DNA from: Bugula neritina | Taxonomy: Eukaryota > Animalia > Bryozoa | Reading direction: 5' to 3' | Length of the DNA stretch: 64,000 nucleotides | Assembly: GCA_964035545.1 (NCBI GenBank) | Contig: OZ037768.1 | Span: forward strand, 17,529,875 to 17,593,874 | Shown: positions 29,639 to 42,453 of the stretch, piece by piece | Numbering within the stretch: the first letter of the stretch is position 1 | Layout: every line of letters starts with the position of its first letter | Made by a program: the position numbers and the translations under genes | The notes under the pieces: model-generated | The model's database searches: none | What the model saw: only the letters and a program-made list of their open reading frames with translations | What the model was told of the DNA's origin: nothing

Positions 29639-32600
29639 TTACTGTAGGGAATCTTCTAGCTGCTTTTCAAGTATTTGGCAACGTTGGAGTAAATTACTGG
29701 CAAGTTCTTTTAATTCTCTGACTTGGTCTAATAAATATTTGGGCGAACAGTTTCCTTGAAGGTAAAGAGTTTTGCTTGGTAGAGGAATTGGCTGTGAGGC
29801 TGGTGCTTTTGTCATCTTTTTATACGTTGATAGTGTTTGCTTTGGGATTGTAGGAGTGAGTTGCTTTTTGTTTGGTGTTTCCTTTTGTTTCTGACATGTT
29901 CTCGTTTCATTTATCTGGTTTATCAGAGTCTTTGCGTTACTTAAATTTCTACAAGCACGCATCTTGCTTGTCTTGGTTTGAACAATTTTGATTTTCTTTG
30001 GACCAGGTCTTGAGTTTTTCTCTGTAAGCTTTGCTGCATTAGGTTGCCTTCGGATAAAAGACGTCTTTTCTGTTTTTGGTGGCTCGGTATTTTTTATTTG
30101 CATTTGAGTAGGTTGCTTGGTTGGTTTCAATGGACTTTTGACAGAATTTGTTGCATTTGCTTGGGATTTGAATTTACTCGCCATCGCACTTGTACCATTT
30201 CGTTTTGGCATTAGTGCTTTTCCTTTGGGGCTAAGTTTAGACAAGTTGGTAGCTGGAGGTACAGCTTTAAGTGGTTGAGTAGTGACTGGTCGTTTGTTGA
30301 TGTTAGACGGTGCAGTAGGGAACACTTTATTCTTTTTGGATCCTTTAAAGAAAGACCCGAAAGATGTCAACTTCTTTTTAAAGGATGACTTTGGAGAGAC
30401 CTTGGCTCTATGAGATACTGGCTGGGTTGGTGGAGCATATGATGTACTTGGTCCATCATTATTGTAGTATATTTTAGGAGAGATGGGAGTGTATTTGGTT
30501 AGATATCTATCCATCTCTTTTTTCAGCCAAACATATCCAGCAGCATCCTCTCTGTAAGTAGTTAAAAAATCACATAATTTTAGGGTCTCAGACTTCTAGC
30601 AACTTCAGCAGAAAAGCACCAAATGGAAACAAGTATAATGAGGAAACCAACATTATTCAGGCCACTAATCTGTTTTCATTTCAGTACAGTAGCTCAGTCT
30701 CTGTTGCAAAAACTGCCAATGCCATATTGACCTCCACAATTACAGGAGGAGACACCCTTATCTCTCAGAACAAAATTAGGCTAACAGTTACTTAGTAATA
30801 AAGGTATAGATTAATATAATATAGTAAAGCCATCAACAGACCTTTTATTTTCAGAGTTAGTATCAGAAACAAGAGTTTCATTTGACAGAGGGTAGCCATA
30901 AGCATCTCTCCCGTCACCATGGTTACCATTACTTGTCTCATTCCAGTGTTTTGGAGTTGTTCTACAGATAAAGCTTCAAAATTATTCTTGTTGTTTGCTG
31001 CGGAAAATATTATTTTTGTTTTGTAAATAGTTCACTTTGCAAAGAAATAGAGTTAGATCATTTTAATTGCTTTCTAGCTGTGCATTTTATATAATCAGAA
31101 CTTTCAGCCATTGTAAGCAATTTTTTGAGTAAAAAAATTTTTGTAGTGTACAGCATTAATTAAGATAGTTTTATATAAAGTTAACACAGTATATATATTC
31201 AACTCAAGGCTATATATTCAAATGGGATAATTTAAATAAGAAACTGTTGAACAGAATAACATAGGTTGTCACCTATCACTGGCTGAGTGGACGTTAGAGG
31301 AACTGTTTTCATAAGAAGCAGAATAGTTATATGAGTCATTCACTTTGCTGGTGAAAGCTACTTCAGTCAAGCATTTTCTGGGCACAGCTCTGTAAATAAG
31401 TTTAGCATAATAATTAGTCTACATAATGAATTCAAATATATTCTATATTGTATCATCTTGTGTCATTATATGGTTTTTAAATGTTGGTGTGAGCATGATT
31501 AGTTCATGAAACTACTGGTCTTAAAATTATCACTTCATGGTATATTCAAAAACATAAAAAAGCACCGAAGCTGAATTATCAAATCACCTTTCACCAGCAC
31601 AGATGTTGTGAGAGACAGAACTCTCTTGAGAAAGCAGATAGTCGTGTGGATTATTTCTTCTGCTGTTAGATCTATCACTCGTTTCAGTCCAGTAGTTACT
31701 TAGAACTATTCTGTTAATTATATTAATTGTATGTTTTGAATATCAAATTTACAATGTGGCAAGCTAATTTCCTATTCAGCCTTGGCTGATTTTCAAACTT
31801 TTTGCAAAGATATTATAATGTTTTTATGTTGTGCTTTTTTAACGCTTGTGGCAATAGCAAAGCTTTCTTTATAAATACAGCTACAAACATTTCGTTTTCT
31901 GTTGTCGCTAATCCTTGCAAATCATAACCAAATTCTAATAAGTTTTCCAATGAATTTTATTCAAAGTAAACGTTACAGCTAATTTGCAGCTATCTGCTTG
32001 ATCAACAACATAATTATGTGAAACTAGAAAATGTTCAAATATTCATTCACTTACCTTTTCTCTTGGGAGTTGTCCTCACTACTTGATCTCTTATAAGTTA
32101 TTTCACTGACCAACTGGTCACCATATTCAGGGTTGTAGCGATCATGTTGTTGATAAGATTCACCTGAGTTTATAACTTCAAGGAAAGTGGCAGGAGCCAA
32201 ACTACCAAATATATTACCCAGTGTTGAGTTATATACAAGCAGAATTTTGTAATATTAAATCTCATCCCATGCACAAGTTGTGTTTTCACATAAATCTTTT
32301 TGTATTAATTGCTCTCAACATAGGCCTTATACATGTAAAAATAATTTAGCATATCAAAATTTATATAATATAAACAAAATAAAATGAAGTTGATGAGTCA
32401 CCTTTCACCAGCAAAATACTCATCGGTTACGGAAATCTCATCAGAGAGCAGAGAGGTGAGAAGATAATTCCCTCTGTTAACCTTAGTCCAGTGTTTAAGA
32501 GGGGCTCTAAAGGTAACACACTCATGCAAATAGTCAATTCATGTTTATTTGTTTGAGAAATCAAGCAATAAGAACGTTTAGAGGTAAACACTTAGTTACA

Positions 32601-34510
32601 ATGAATTTAAGTATCTTTAGTTTTTTTTTATTCAACTGGTAAAATATGTTTAGCAGATTTTCCTACTTAATATCACAAAGTTTATAGTAATAATAACTTT
32701 ATTAGCTACAAAAATTTAAGCTTTTGAATTACCAATTAAATTATAGCTGCAGCTAGCTAATTAAAGCTCACCTTTTCCTTTGAGAGGTTTCATCACCAAA
32801 GCTTGGCATCTCATCTTGTGTGTCTCCATCTGTCACCTGTTCATTGCCATGTTGGTCATAGACACCTCTGGGTTCCACACACTCTCTATCATAAAACTCT
32901 CCAATATGTGGATCTCTTAAACCAGCCACTCGAGTTGACCTACTAGTCACATATATTTTACTCTTAATGGCAGTTTTGAAAAAATGTAATAAACAACAGT
33001 ATTTTGTGAAATACATTTGATAAAGTTTAGAAACTTTTGGTAACTTATGCATAGAAGACAACTATCAAAAGTTTTAACAAACATATAAAGAATTATAGAA
33101 GATTTTTCTCTTGATTTTATGTCACACCTTATATAATCTGATGATTAACTTATTATTTGATTTATGGAAAGCTCACCTTCCTGCATTAGCATTCAGTTTT
33201 TTGAGATCCTCTTCGGCAGCAAGTCTCCGGAGTAACTTGGTGTACCTCTCTATGAAATTCTGGCCCGGTACTTCTTCATTCACATCTTCTAGAAATGATC
33301 TGTAAGGACAGTTTAATTTCATGTAGCTAACTGCCTTAGTGTCTAGCTTCTGTCTAGAAAGTAACAGCTTTAGCTGCTCAAATGGCTATCAGAAAAAATT
33401 ATCTTCTTGTTGTAACAATAATGGAGTAGGTATACAACATGTGACCATGTTTCTATACATTATGCAGTTTCTTTGCTCATTGCCATACAAACGTTCTCTT
33501 CCGATTATAAATACTCATATATATGTAAGGAATACCAACTGTCGCTCATCTACAAACTAGTCTCACTCACTTAGAGTTACTAGTATCACTGGCACAGCTT
33601 CTATCATTAGTTAGCATTTCATCATTTTCAAGAGACAATCTTTCTTCACGGTCTCCATCAAATGACTTCATCCAACAGTATCTGGGGAAGCTCCTGTAAA
33701 CAAGCAAAAACATGTCATTATTTTCAAAATGTGGTCACAAAAGGATAAAACCAAATGCTAGCTAACTAAAAGGCTCAAACCAGACACTACCTTGGCTATA
33801 AAGACAAACGCTAACTCGTGTGCTGATCAGACGAAAGTTAGAGGCTTATGAAGTTCAGAGTTGTCATACCTCTGTTTAGTGTTGAGTCTCTTTCCATTGG
33901 ATAATTCTTCCTGTGCCACTTTGTACAGAGTCTGGTCATATGTGTCAGCAAATGCCTGAAAGAGCTCTTCAGACCTCTGGGAACTGCATTCAGCCAGGCT
34001 ATTAGGTTGAATAAGGTATATTTATAGAGACTCAGTATGTAAAATCATTGTAAGGTCAGATAAGCAGAAGTGGCTCATCTTGTCATCCAATGAATTTAAT
34101 AGTGTTCGGAAGTCACTGATAATTCATTAATTCATTAGAAATATGAAAATTTTCTTTTAATTTATAACTGACTTATAATGTTACATGGTAAATGAGATAT
34201 GTGTGATGGTGACCTTCGATATATTATGTAGTTTATAGGCAAAGATGAATAACTCATCACTTATAAAGATTGCTTGTCTCTGCAATATTGAAGGCCTATT
34301 TTATAACCTTTAGCACCCTAATTAAAGACAACTACTCAGGCTATACAGGCGTGTGTATGTACTAAATAACAAAACTGTAAAATACATTAACTAAGTATAG
34401 GGTGATCTCCTTATGTGGATACATATAAGAACTCTCTCGCACCTTTCTGTACTCAGATTTCTTAGTGGTACATTCCCAGCAGATGCTCTACTAAATATTC
34501 TTCCAAACAT
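29639..34510 (-). CDS. Unrecognised 11-exon protein, ~711 aa, built from symmetric phase 2-2 exons plus a basic low-complexity tail
   Basis: Exons 34443-34510, 33870-33998, 33571-33693, 33177-33299, 32772-32939, 32402-32506, 32055-32201, 31588-31710, 31273-31389, 30842-30961 and 29639-30551, all GT-AG and joining without stops (2136 nt). The 291-aa ORF in the track is the last exon. Confidence 0.8.
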
Positions 34511-35425
34511 GTTTCTCAGTGAGTCACCTGTAGATTGTAAATTGAGATGTCTTAAAACAGGTTTTCTACTTCAACAGTTCTCTAATATATGAATAGTTGT
34601 CTGAAACTTAGTCTTTTATGTTTATAGTGTTCTTATAAATAATTGACTACTAAATTGCTTCCAAAGTGTAAGCTGCTTGAGAAAAGTATTTAACAGTGAT
34701 TAGAAGTTTAGAGTTATTGCTGGAATCAGAACATGGCTTGAAATCTACAGAGTCTTCCATTGATTTCTTTGCAAAAATATTTTTTATAATAATAGAATTG
34801 CAAAAGATAAGTAAATTAAAACCAAATAATTGATATATGTTTGAAAAACTACTTGGTACTCACCTAACTGCAGGCAGTATGAGGAGATAACTCTAACTTT
34901 AATTTGTAGAAGTAATACAGTAAATATATAATAACAAGATACAGTAATAAGAGAACAATATTCAGCGCATAGGATTAGCATAAAATATGATAACTAGTTT
35001 TGACAGTAGAACAGGATAAAGTGAGAAATCGTGAGACTTCACAACAATCAATGATTATTAAGTTGTGTATTGTTGGCTTAATGGTACATTCCTGGTATTT
35101 TTTTAGTAATTATGGCTGCTAGTAAAAAGGAATTCACTTAAACTAATTGGTTACCTATTAGAATATTTCAATTTATAGTTGAATAAATTGTTGTACAATA
35201 ATTTAATGATCGATTATAAAAACCATAACATGTGAATAATTATTATATAAATGTTGGTTATGTTATACAATAATATTAAGTTTATAGTATTTTTTATTAG
35301 CAAAGCATTTTTTGGTTATAAAAGTGCAGAGTTGCTGTTGCTTTGATTAGCCTTAGTTTTAACACAATTATTGCTATTTCAGGTTATCTGGCTGGGTGGT
35401 GTGTTATAGTGTTGAGTTTACCTAC

Positions 35426-35497
35426 TGGTGCAATTTCGGCTATAGTGCGCCTGCTTGCAAGCCAGAGGTCTGTAGTTCGAATCCCAGTGGGGGCCAC
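35426..35497 (+). pseudogene. tRNA-Ala-like pseudogene or tRNA-derived SINE head
   Basis: GTGCGCCTGCTTGCAAGCCAGAGGTC..GTTCGAATCCC: B box present, anticodon arm imperfect, acceptor stem broken. Confidence 0.45.
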
Positions 35498-36214
35498 AAC
35501 TTTACAGATGCAGCTTTCCAAAATTATAATTTTTAAAATAGTTTTGTTTATATAACAACTTTTTTCTTAAGTCAAGTATACATGGCATACCAGTGTTTTC
35601 CACAGACTCTTTCTTAAATGTATCAGAATGATTGGCTTCTTAGCTACTTTACTACATTGCATAAATGTCCCTATGTATTGTGTATTATAAGTATTATGAT
35701 GGTAAACAGTTTATATGAAGAGAGCAGAGGCATTTTTTAAAAAACAACAACCACACTCATTTTCAAGAGATAATTTTATGTTTATATTTATTCTTTATAT
35801 TTATAATACAGTTTATTTAGTTATGGAAAGATTTACGTAAAACAAATACAAATATTGTTATGACTTATTATAGGTAGTAAATTATATATAATCAGTTTGT
35901 ACACTGATACAGTTTTACAAAATATGCCAACAATAAATAAAGTCTCTGTGAACTCTACAAAAAATAACTATGAAAGAAATTAAGTGGCTGTAGCTATACA
36001 TGATTAAGCAGTGAGTTATAACTAATCAAAATCATTATTTTAGGAAATACCAGTCAAAATTTAAAAAAACTGTCTTCATATAAAGTGATGGTTATGTATG
36101 ATCAACACAGGTAATCTAGCTGAATTCAAAGTTTAGAATCTTAAATTAATACTGTCTTGATAAATCACCATAGTATCTTGTAACTCCGTTAACGTGTAAT
36201 CAAAAAGTCATGCA

Positions 36215-36590
36215 GAAACAGCTCAGTAAACAACTCAGTTTAAAGAGAAAAGCCTGCAGTCCAAAGAGAGTTTAAATTGTTCAAACTAAGACAAGCAAGA
36301 TGCGTGCATGTAGAAATTTAAGTAACACAAAGACTCCGATAAACCAGATAAATCATGGAAACACCAAACAGAAACCAACACATCATTATGATCCTGAAAA
36401 AAGCACCAATGTACAGAAAGATGACAGACACCAGCCTAACAGCAGATTCCTCTACCAAACAAAACTCTGTTTCCTCAAAGAAACTGTTCATCCAAATATT
36501 TGTTGGACTAAGTCAGAGAATTAAAAGAACTTGCCAGTAATTTACTCCAATGTTGCCAAATACTTGAAGAGCAGCTAAAAAACTGCCCAA
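36215..36590 (+). pseudogene. Inverted, frameshifted copy of the last exon of the 29639-34510 gene
   Basis: IVQTKTSKMRACRNLSNTKTPINQIN and QVRELKELASNLLQ match the 291-aa ORF but lie on the opposite strand. Confidence 0.85.
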
Positions 36591-37925
36591 ATCTTGAAGA
36601 GATGAAAAGAAATTTCCAACAGTAATGGCTATGTTAGTATTGGCACCATGTTGTAGTGGATGAACTATATGATTAAGATGAACCAACATGCTATACAGAC
36701 TATAATATAACTCTGTTGACAAAACAGAATCACTAGATTTGATTTGGCAGGTGCAAATGCATTCTGACTTTAATTCTAGTTGACTTGGGACACCCTGCAT
36801 AAACAAAATAACACAAACACAAAGAATTATAAAAATCAGAAGAATTCTTTGCTAGAATTAAATTTATATCTTTATTCTTTAGTTACAATACTTGCATTTT
36901 TTAGTAAAGTTATAAGAGGTACGTATTCCTATAATGCATTTGTGTGATTTAACATGTCAAACATGCAATGTTCCATATGTTCTGTGAAAACATGACTGGG
37001 TATGTTTGACTAAAAAAAAAGATTGATGGATATCTGACCACATGTTCTCCAAACTCACCAAATGTCTATTTTGGCAACAAAGAGTCAAGCACATCATGGA
37101 CCTCAAAGAATAAAACAACATCACAGGCATTTGATGGAAACAATATTTCTCAAAAATTGTTTTTAAAAGAAAAATTAGCATCTTTTGAGTCTTTTCTTAC
37201 TGACCAACCTAGAAGAACTCAACTATTTTGCTGAGCATTATATAACTACAAAGCAACACTTAGGCCATATATCACTCAAAGGTACACCTATAGATTCACC
37301 AACTTTCTACACCTATGTCCCAAAAGTGTGCCTTAAAAGGGAAATGGTGTGACTGAGATGACACAAAAGTTTAAATCTCAAGCAAAAACACTGTTAGAAG
37401 TCAAAGAAGAAGTTCTAGTGTGCCAAATCATCTGAAAGTGTGTGGAAATAAACTTTTTAGAATCTGGAAGGATATAGCTAATCAATTGCAGCAAATAGAA
37501 AAAGTTTTGCATTGAATCATAAAGTCACATGCAAAAGACAAACCAGTTAAGGAAAAAAACCTTAATATCTAAAAACACTTTTTAATTGAAAACAAACAAA
37601 ATGCATGCTTTAAAAATGAAAGAAGCAATAATAAACTACAAATCAATAATATTATTAAACGGGGACCCAAACACACCCTACCACTCTTAAGATGAGGAAA
37701 CAACCAACAATGTCACAGCTAATTTTATTACTAAACAAAGCACTACTGGGTAAAGACTCTTGTCTGTATCTGCACATTTTTAAACCAAATAAATAGAGAA
37801 ACTAAGCTTTAGATAATTTACTGCAGCATTTTTGATAAGTTGAGTACATTCCAGGAGTTGCGTCTTTGTATCATAACCTACTATCAACTGTTTTGATATT
37901 AAAGAATGTTTGTAGTTGTCCTCAC

Positions 37926-39365
37926 TCCTTCATCTTTCCTCAGGGTTTACTTTATTCACTGCTTGATTGTCATAATCAAGGTCATACAGATACTAACCAA
38001 TCACGTTTGTAAAAGGTCCATCTTTTCTTCTAAGGAAATAATATAAATCATCATTAAAGAATAAATATATCCAAGTATTTACTGTATATATATTGCAATA
38101 AACAACACTGCGACATATACAGACATATCACTATAGAGTACTTTTATGTCAAGGTCTTAGTACTTAGTTATTCGTTTAATACTTTTTTATGCTCGATTTG
38201 TTAACAATTATATATAAAATATGGCATCAGTTGTTATATAATATAACATATATAAACATCAGTTATGAAAGTATAATGTGTGTATGTACTAGTTATTAAT
38301 ATAACTGTAAGGTAACTCAATGGGTTATTCTCATTATGTATATATAGGAACTCTCTCTCACCTTTCTGTACTCAGATTTCTTAGTGGTACATCCCCAGCA
38401 GATGCTCTACTAAATATTCTCCCAAACATGTCTGTCAGTCAGTCAACTACAGATTGTAAAAGACAATATAGAGCCAACAAAATAGTTGTTATTTCTTCTG
38501 TATAAATTAATAGTTTTTTTTAATTTACAAATAAAATGTTGCCCCATTTTTAAACTTTATGTTTGCTTAAGATATTATCTAGCGACAAATTTTAGCAGCA
38601 ATAGCTAGCTTTTTGCTGTTGAAAAGGCTATTAAAGCTCATTGCTATTTAATTGCTGGGTAAAAAGTCCGGGAAGCATATAAAAAATTTTTATATGGAGC
38701 AGCCATGATCTAAGGGTTACAGCACTGGCTTAGTAAACACTAAGTCATGGGTTCGAACATGCAGTAATGATGCTAGGAAGAGCATTCAGTCATAGTTGCT
38801 CCTGTGCCACATTCGAATAAGTCATTAGCCTGCTTTAAAAACCCTTTCCGTCAGGGGTTTTCTCACAGAGATATAGTGACTATATAATAAACTTGAGTGA
38901 GCTTTTATATATATAAAAGATTTTTTGTCCTTCTGTCTAAACAAAGCCATAACTTACCAAATCTGTGCTGGAACACATCTGATCTAAGTTGACGTATGCA
39001 TTTGCTGCTGCTTATAACTCATGGCTTTTTCTATGATGATGCTTTCGGTGCCTTTTCATAGCAGCAAATTAAATTTATTATTGTAGTGTCATATCGGAAT
39101 TTCTGCAGGATTTCTAGCTAAATCAGGCAGAGAGTGCTATACTATATTTCCTGCAGCTGCAATTCAACAACTTGTAATATATTAGTCCATGTGTAGAAGC
39201 GCAATACAGCCAATATTCAATAAGACACAGTAGTTACAAAATTAGCCTAAAATATTATATCTATAGCTTTGACAGTAAAACAAAATGAAACGAGAAATTG
39301 TGAGACTTGTAAACAATCAAAGATTATCAAATTATAGTGTATTGTTGACTTAATGATACATTCTT
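37926..39365 (-). pseudogene. 5' part of a paralogue of the 29639-34510 gene
   Basis: Exon 38362-38429 encodes MFGRIFSRASAGDVPLRNLSTE (one aa different). Region 39262-39365 matches 34995-35095. The next exon (37926-38029) contains in-frame stops. Confidence 0.75.
38697..38860 (+). mobile_element. Degenerate tRNA-derived SINE
   Basis: A-box-like ATGATCTAAGGG, B box GGTTCGAAC, then AGGAAGAGCATTCAGTC, which resembles the AGGAAGGGCATCCGGCC core of many invertebrate SINEs. Confidence 0.4.
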
Positions 39366-42300
39366 GTAATTATTATTTTATTCTTGACCAGCCAACAGAA
39401 TAATGTTTGATCAATAAAATAGCTTAAACTTTACAGAAAGGCAAAAATATTTTGTCATTTTTCTTTGTGAACAAATTATCAATTCGCATGAGAAAAGTGC
39501 ACAAACTAGTGAAAAAAGTCTAATGATCTGTCGTAAAATTATTTAATTTATCATCAAACATTTGTTTTGCAAAATCACGTACATTTAGGTGCATGTTAAC
39601 TTGTCTCAATTACTGCCGATTAAAAAAGATTTGAGTTTTTCTCACTTTTCATTAATGCAGTCTAACATAAAATTAATTGCCGAAAAGAATTACTGCACTA
39701 CACATAAGGAACTCTTGGCAGTAATCAAGGCAATGAAACACTTCAGGCCCTATCTGTGCGGCAGAAAGTTCCGGCTGCGTACGTACTATGCCTCATTGAT
39801 TTAACTGTGTAAGAGAGCGAAGCCCACCAGTCAGGTTGCCCGGTGGCTCAAAATGCTGGCTGAATTTTTTAAACCGGATCGAACACCGACCCGGTAAGAA
39901 ACATGGCAATGCAAACGGGTTGAGCCAGCGACCAGATGGAGGGTGTAAGCAGTGTCTTGGCATCAAGAAGAGAGATGAAAGTTCCTCACGATCCGAGTTA
40001 GAGACACTGCCTGGCTACAAAGCAGAGTACAGCTGAGAGCACGGCCGACTGGCGCCGGCGGCTGATAAAGGTGCGGGGGCTGTGCAGACCCCCGTGCTAA
40101 CCCCGTTGTGGCCGATAACGTCTCTGAAAAAAAAGCTGCAGGAGAACCTTCCTGGGGTGGTATCTAACGTGTATCAGGCCAAGAGAGACGAGAGACAACT
40201 CAGTGAGGAACAGCTGAAGCAGAGTTGCACCGAGTTCCGACTATTCTGCCATTGCTGGGACTCCTTGTGGATCAACAGGAATGAACTTCTGATAATCACA
40301 TTGGCCACCAGCGGCAGACCTCCTGAGCGGGAATGGGTGGTCTGCCAGGCTGCTATCCGCCAAGAGTTAATTTGGAACACTCATAAGCAGGCCCATGCAA
40401 GGGTTCAGAGGGTGATCGCTAAATTGCAACTCCGGTGGTATTGGCCTAAGAGGGGGCGTGAAATGCGGCTCTAAGTGAGACAGTGCGAGATCTGCCAGGC
40501 CAGTAAGCATGGTCGTCTCCCTGGTGAAGCGGGACAGCAAAGGTAATATGCTGGCTGGCTCTGGCAAGTGGTAGCTGTCGATCTGGTCGACCCCATGCCC
40601 TCAACACCCCGTGGCAACAGTTGGATCCTAGTACTCACAAACCACTTTACTAGGTAGGCCGACGCCCTGGCTATCCCAGACTCGTCGGCTCCGACTGTGG
40701 CCCGAGTTTTGGATCAGAATGTATTCTGCTACTTTGGCCTCCCTGAGCAGATACATTCGGACCAAGGCGCTCAGTTCCAGTCTCAACTAATGAGTGACCT
40801 CTGTCGCCTCTGGGGAGTGAACCAGAGCAGGACTACCTTGTACCATCTACAAGGTAACAGGGTGGTAGAGTGCAACAATCGTATGTTGGGTGATGTGCTC
40901 CGGAGCCTGCTCCTCGGCCGCGATCAAGAAGAATAGGATACGGTGCTTGCGCAGGTCATGCGGGCTTACTGCAGCACTTCACACACCAGTACTGGTGAAA
41001 CTCCCAACTTCTTGATGCTCGGTCAAAAGACCCAGGTTCCCGACCACCTCACCTACCATGTTCCTGACCAGGATAACTCTGTCCATGAGTATGTGGGGGG
41101 AGCTGGTAGAACGTATAAAGGCCGCACACAAAATGCTTCGAGAGAAGCAATGGCAGGTGCAGACTGAGGACTCTGATGAGCTTCCCCTCTATCAGGTGGG
41201 GGACTGGGTCTGGATGGCCAACTACCGTAGGCGACGCGGACAAGCGGCTAAACTACAGCTCAAGTTTGTGGGGCCCTACCTGGTGGTTGAGGCTGTGCCC
41301 AACCACACATACAAGATCAAGCGCTCGGGACAGGCATCCATTCAAAACGAGGCTCGCTTGAAGCTGTATTGGGCTAGCCTCGATGCGGTATTTAAAGCGC
41401 CCCCATTGCTTGAGCCCAGGCGGCAGACCGCAACGCGCGAGCAGAAATGGTACCGACCCGAGTATCAAGTGGTAGTGCCACAGGAAGAAGATCTGGTAAG
41501 AGATGAGCAACCACCTCCACCAACGAAAGTGCGTCTACTGCCTCCGATGCCAGATCCAATGCCGTCATTTCCGGGACCCGAGCCGGGCCCTCAAATGGAG
41601 ACCCCCACAACGGGGGGTGGGAACCTCACTGTAGGAAACCGAGGTGAAGTCAAAACGGGGCCGCTCATGTCAGAGCCGGTAGCTCCACCCATGGAACTCT
41701 CGAGTCCACTCGCCTTTTTTGGAGAGAGGTCAGCGTACTGGACAACCCCCTCTTATTTCCAAGACTTTGTGTGTGACTGCGTAAAAAGAGGCAGATCAAA
41801 AAGTCAAACGGAAGGCTCCGCAAAAAATTGCCGCGTCCCACCTAGGAGTTGTGAGCTCAATGAATATATTGACTTTTGTGAAGGCGGAGCAACAAAAAGA
41901 ATTAATCGGCCAGTTGTGAAGTGCCTCAGTCACGCACAACGAACATGTTGTTCAGTCTTTTTTTACGCTGATGCAGTTAAGAGCAGACGAGCTAGTAGAT
42001 ATCCAGTATAATCATTCCCAGTTATTCGAGTATTTCACGTAATACCGAGTCACGGGCTAAGTTTATATAATATTCTTCTAGTACGGAAATAAATTGACAT
42101 CAGCTTAGCTCTGAGCTCAGTTTGATAAACACATTCTGACTAGAGATAAGACTAGTAGAGAAAAGTGACGAGAACTTGAAAAGATAGAAGGGTAGTTGTG
42201 ATCCTAAGTTATAATTCATTGTTCTCGGTCAGCCTCTATACTAGTACTAATCTCGCGAGTGCTTCACCGAAAGGGAGTCGTACTTCCAGGCTGTTAAAAG

Positions 42301-42453
42301 CCGGCTGTACTAGAGTGTGTATCTAGGTCTAGCATGATCTAACGCTAGTCTGCTCTTTCAGGTGTCACTCAACTTGCTACCACAGGTGCGTCTCAGACAT
42401 TCCTTTCTGTTTGGTCTAGCGATCACGCACCCAGTCAACCTCCTTCCTCTCTA

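Noticed and set aside
29639-30514. 291-aa ORF as a stand-alone intronless gene
   Set aside because: An in-frame acceptor at 30551 links it to ten upstream exons.
30842-33998. Symmetric-exon gene as a neuropeptide precursor
   Set aside because: KR sites exist, but there is no convincing signal peptide at the conserved start and no repeated amidation (G-KR) pattern. Left as an unsupported possibility.
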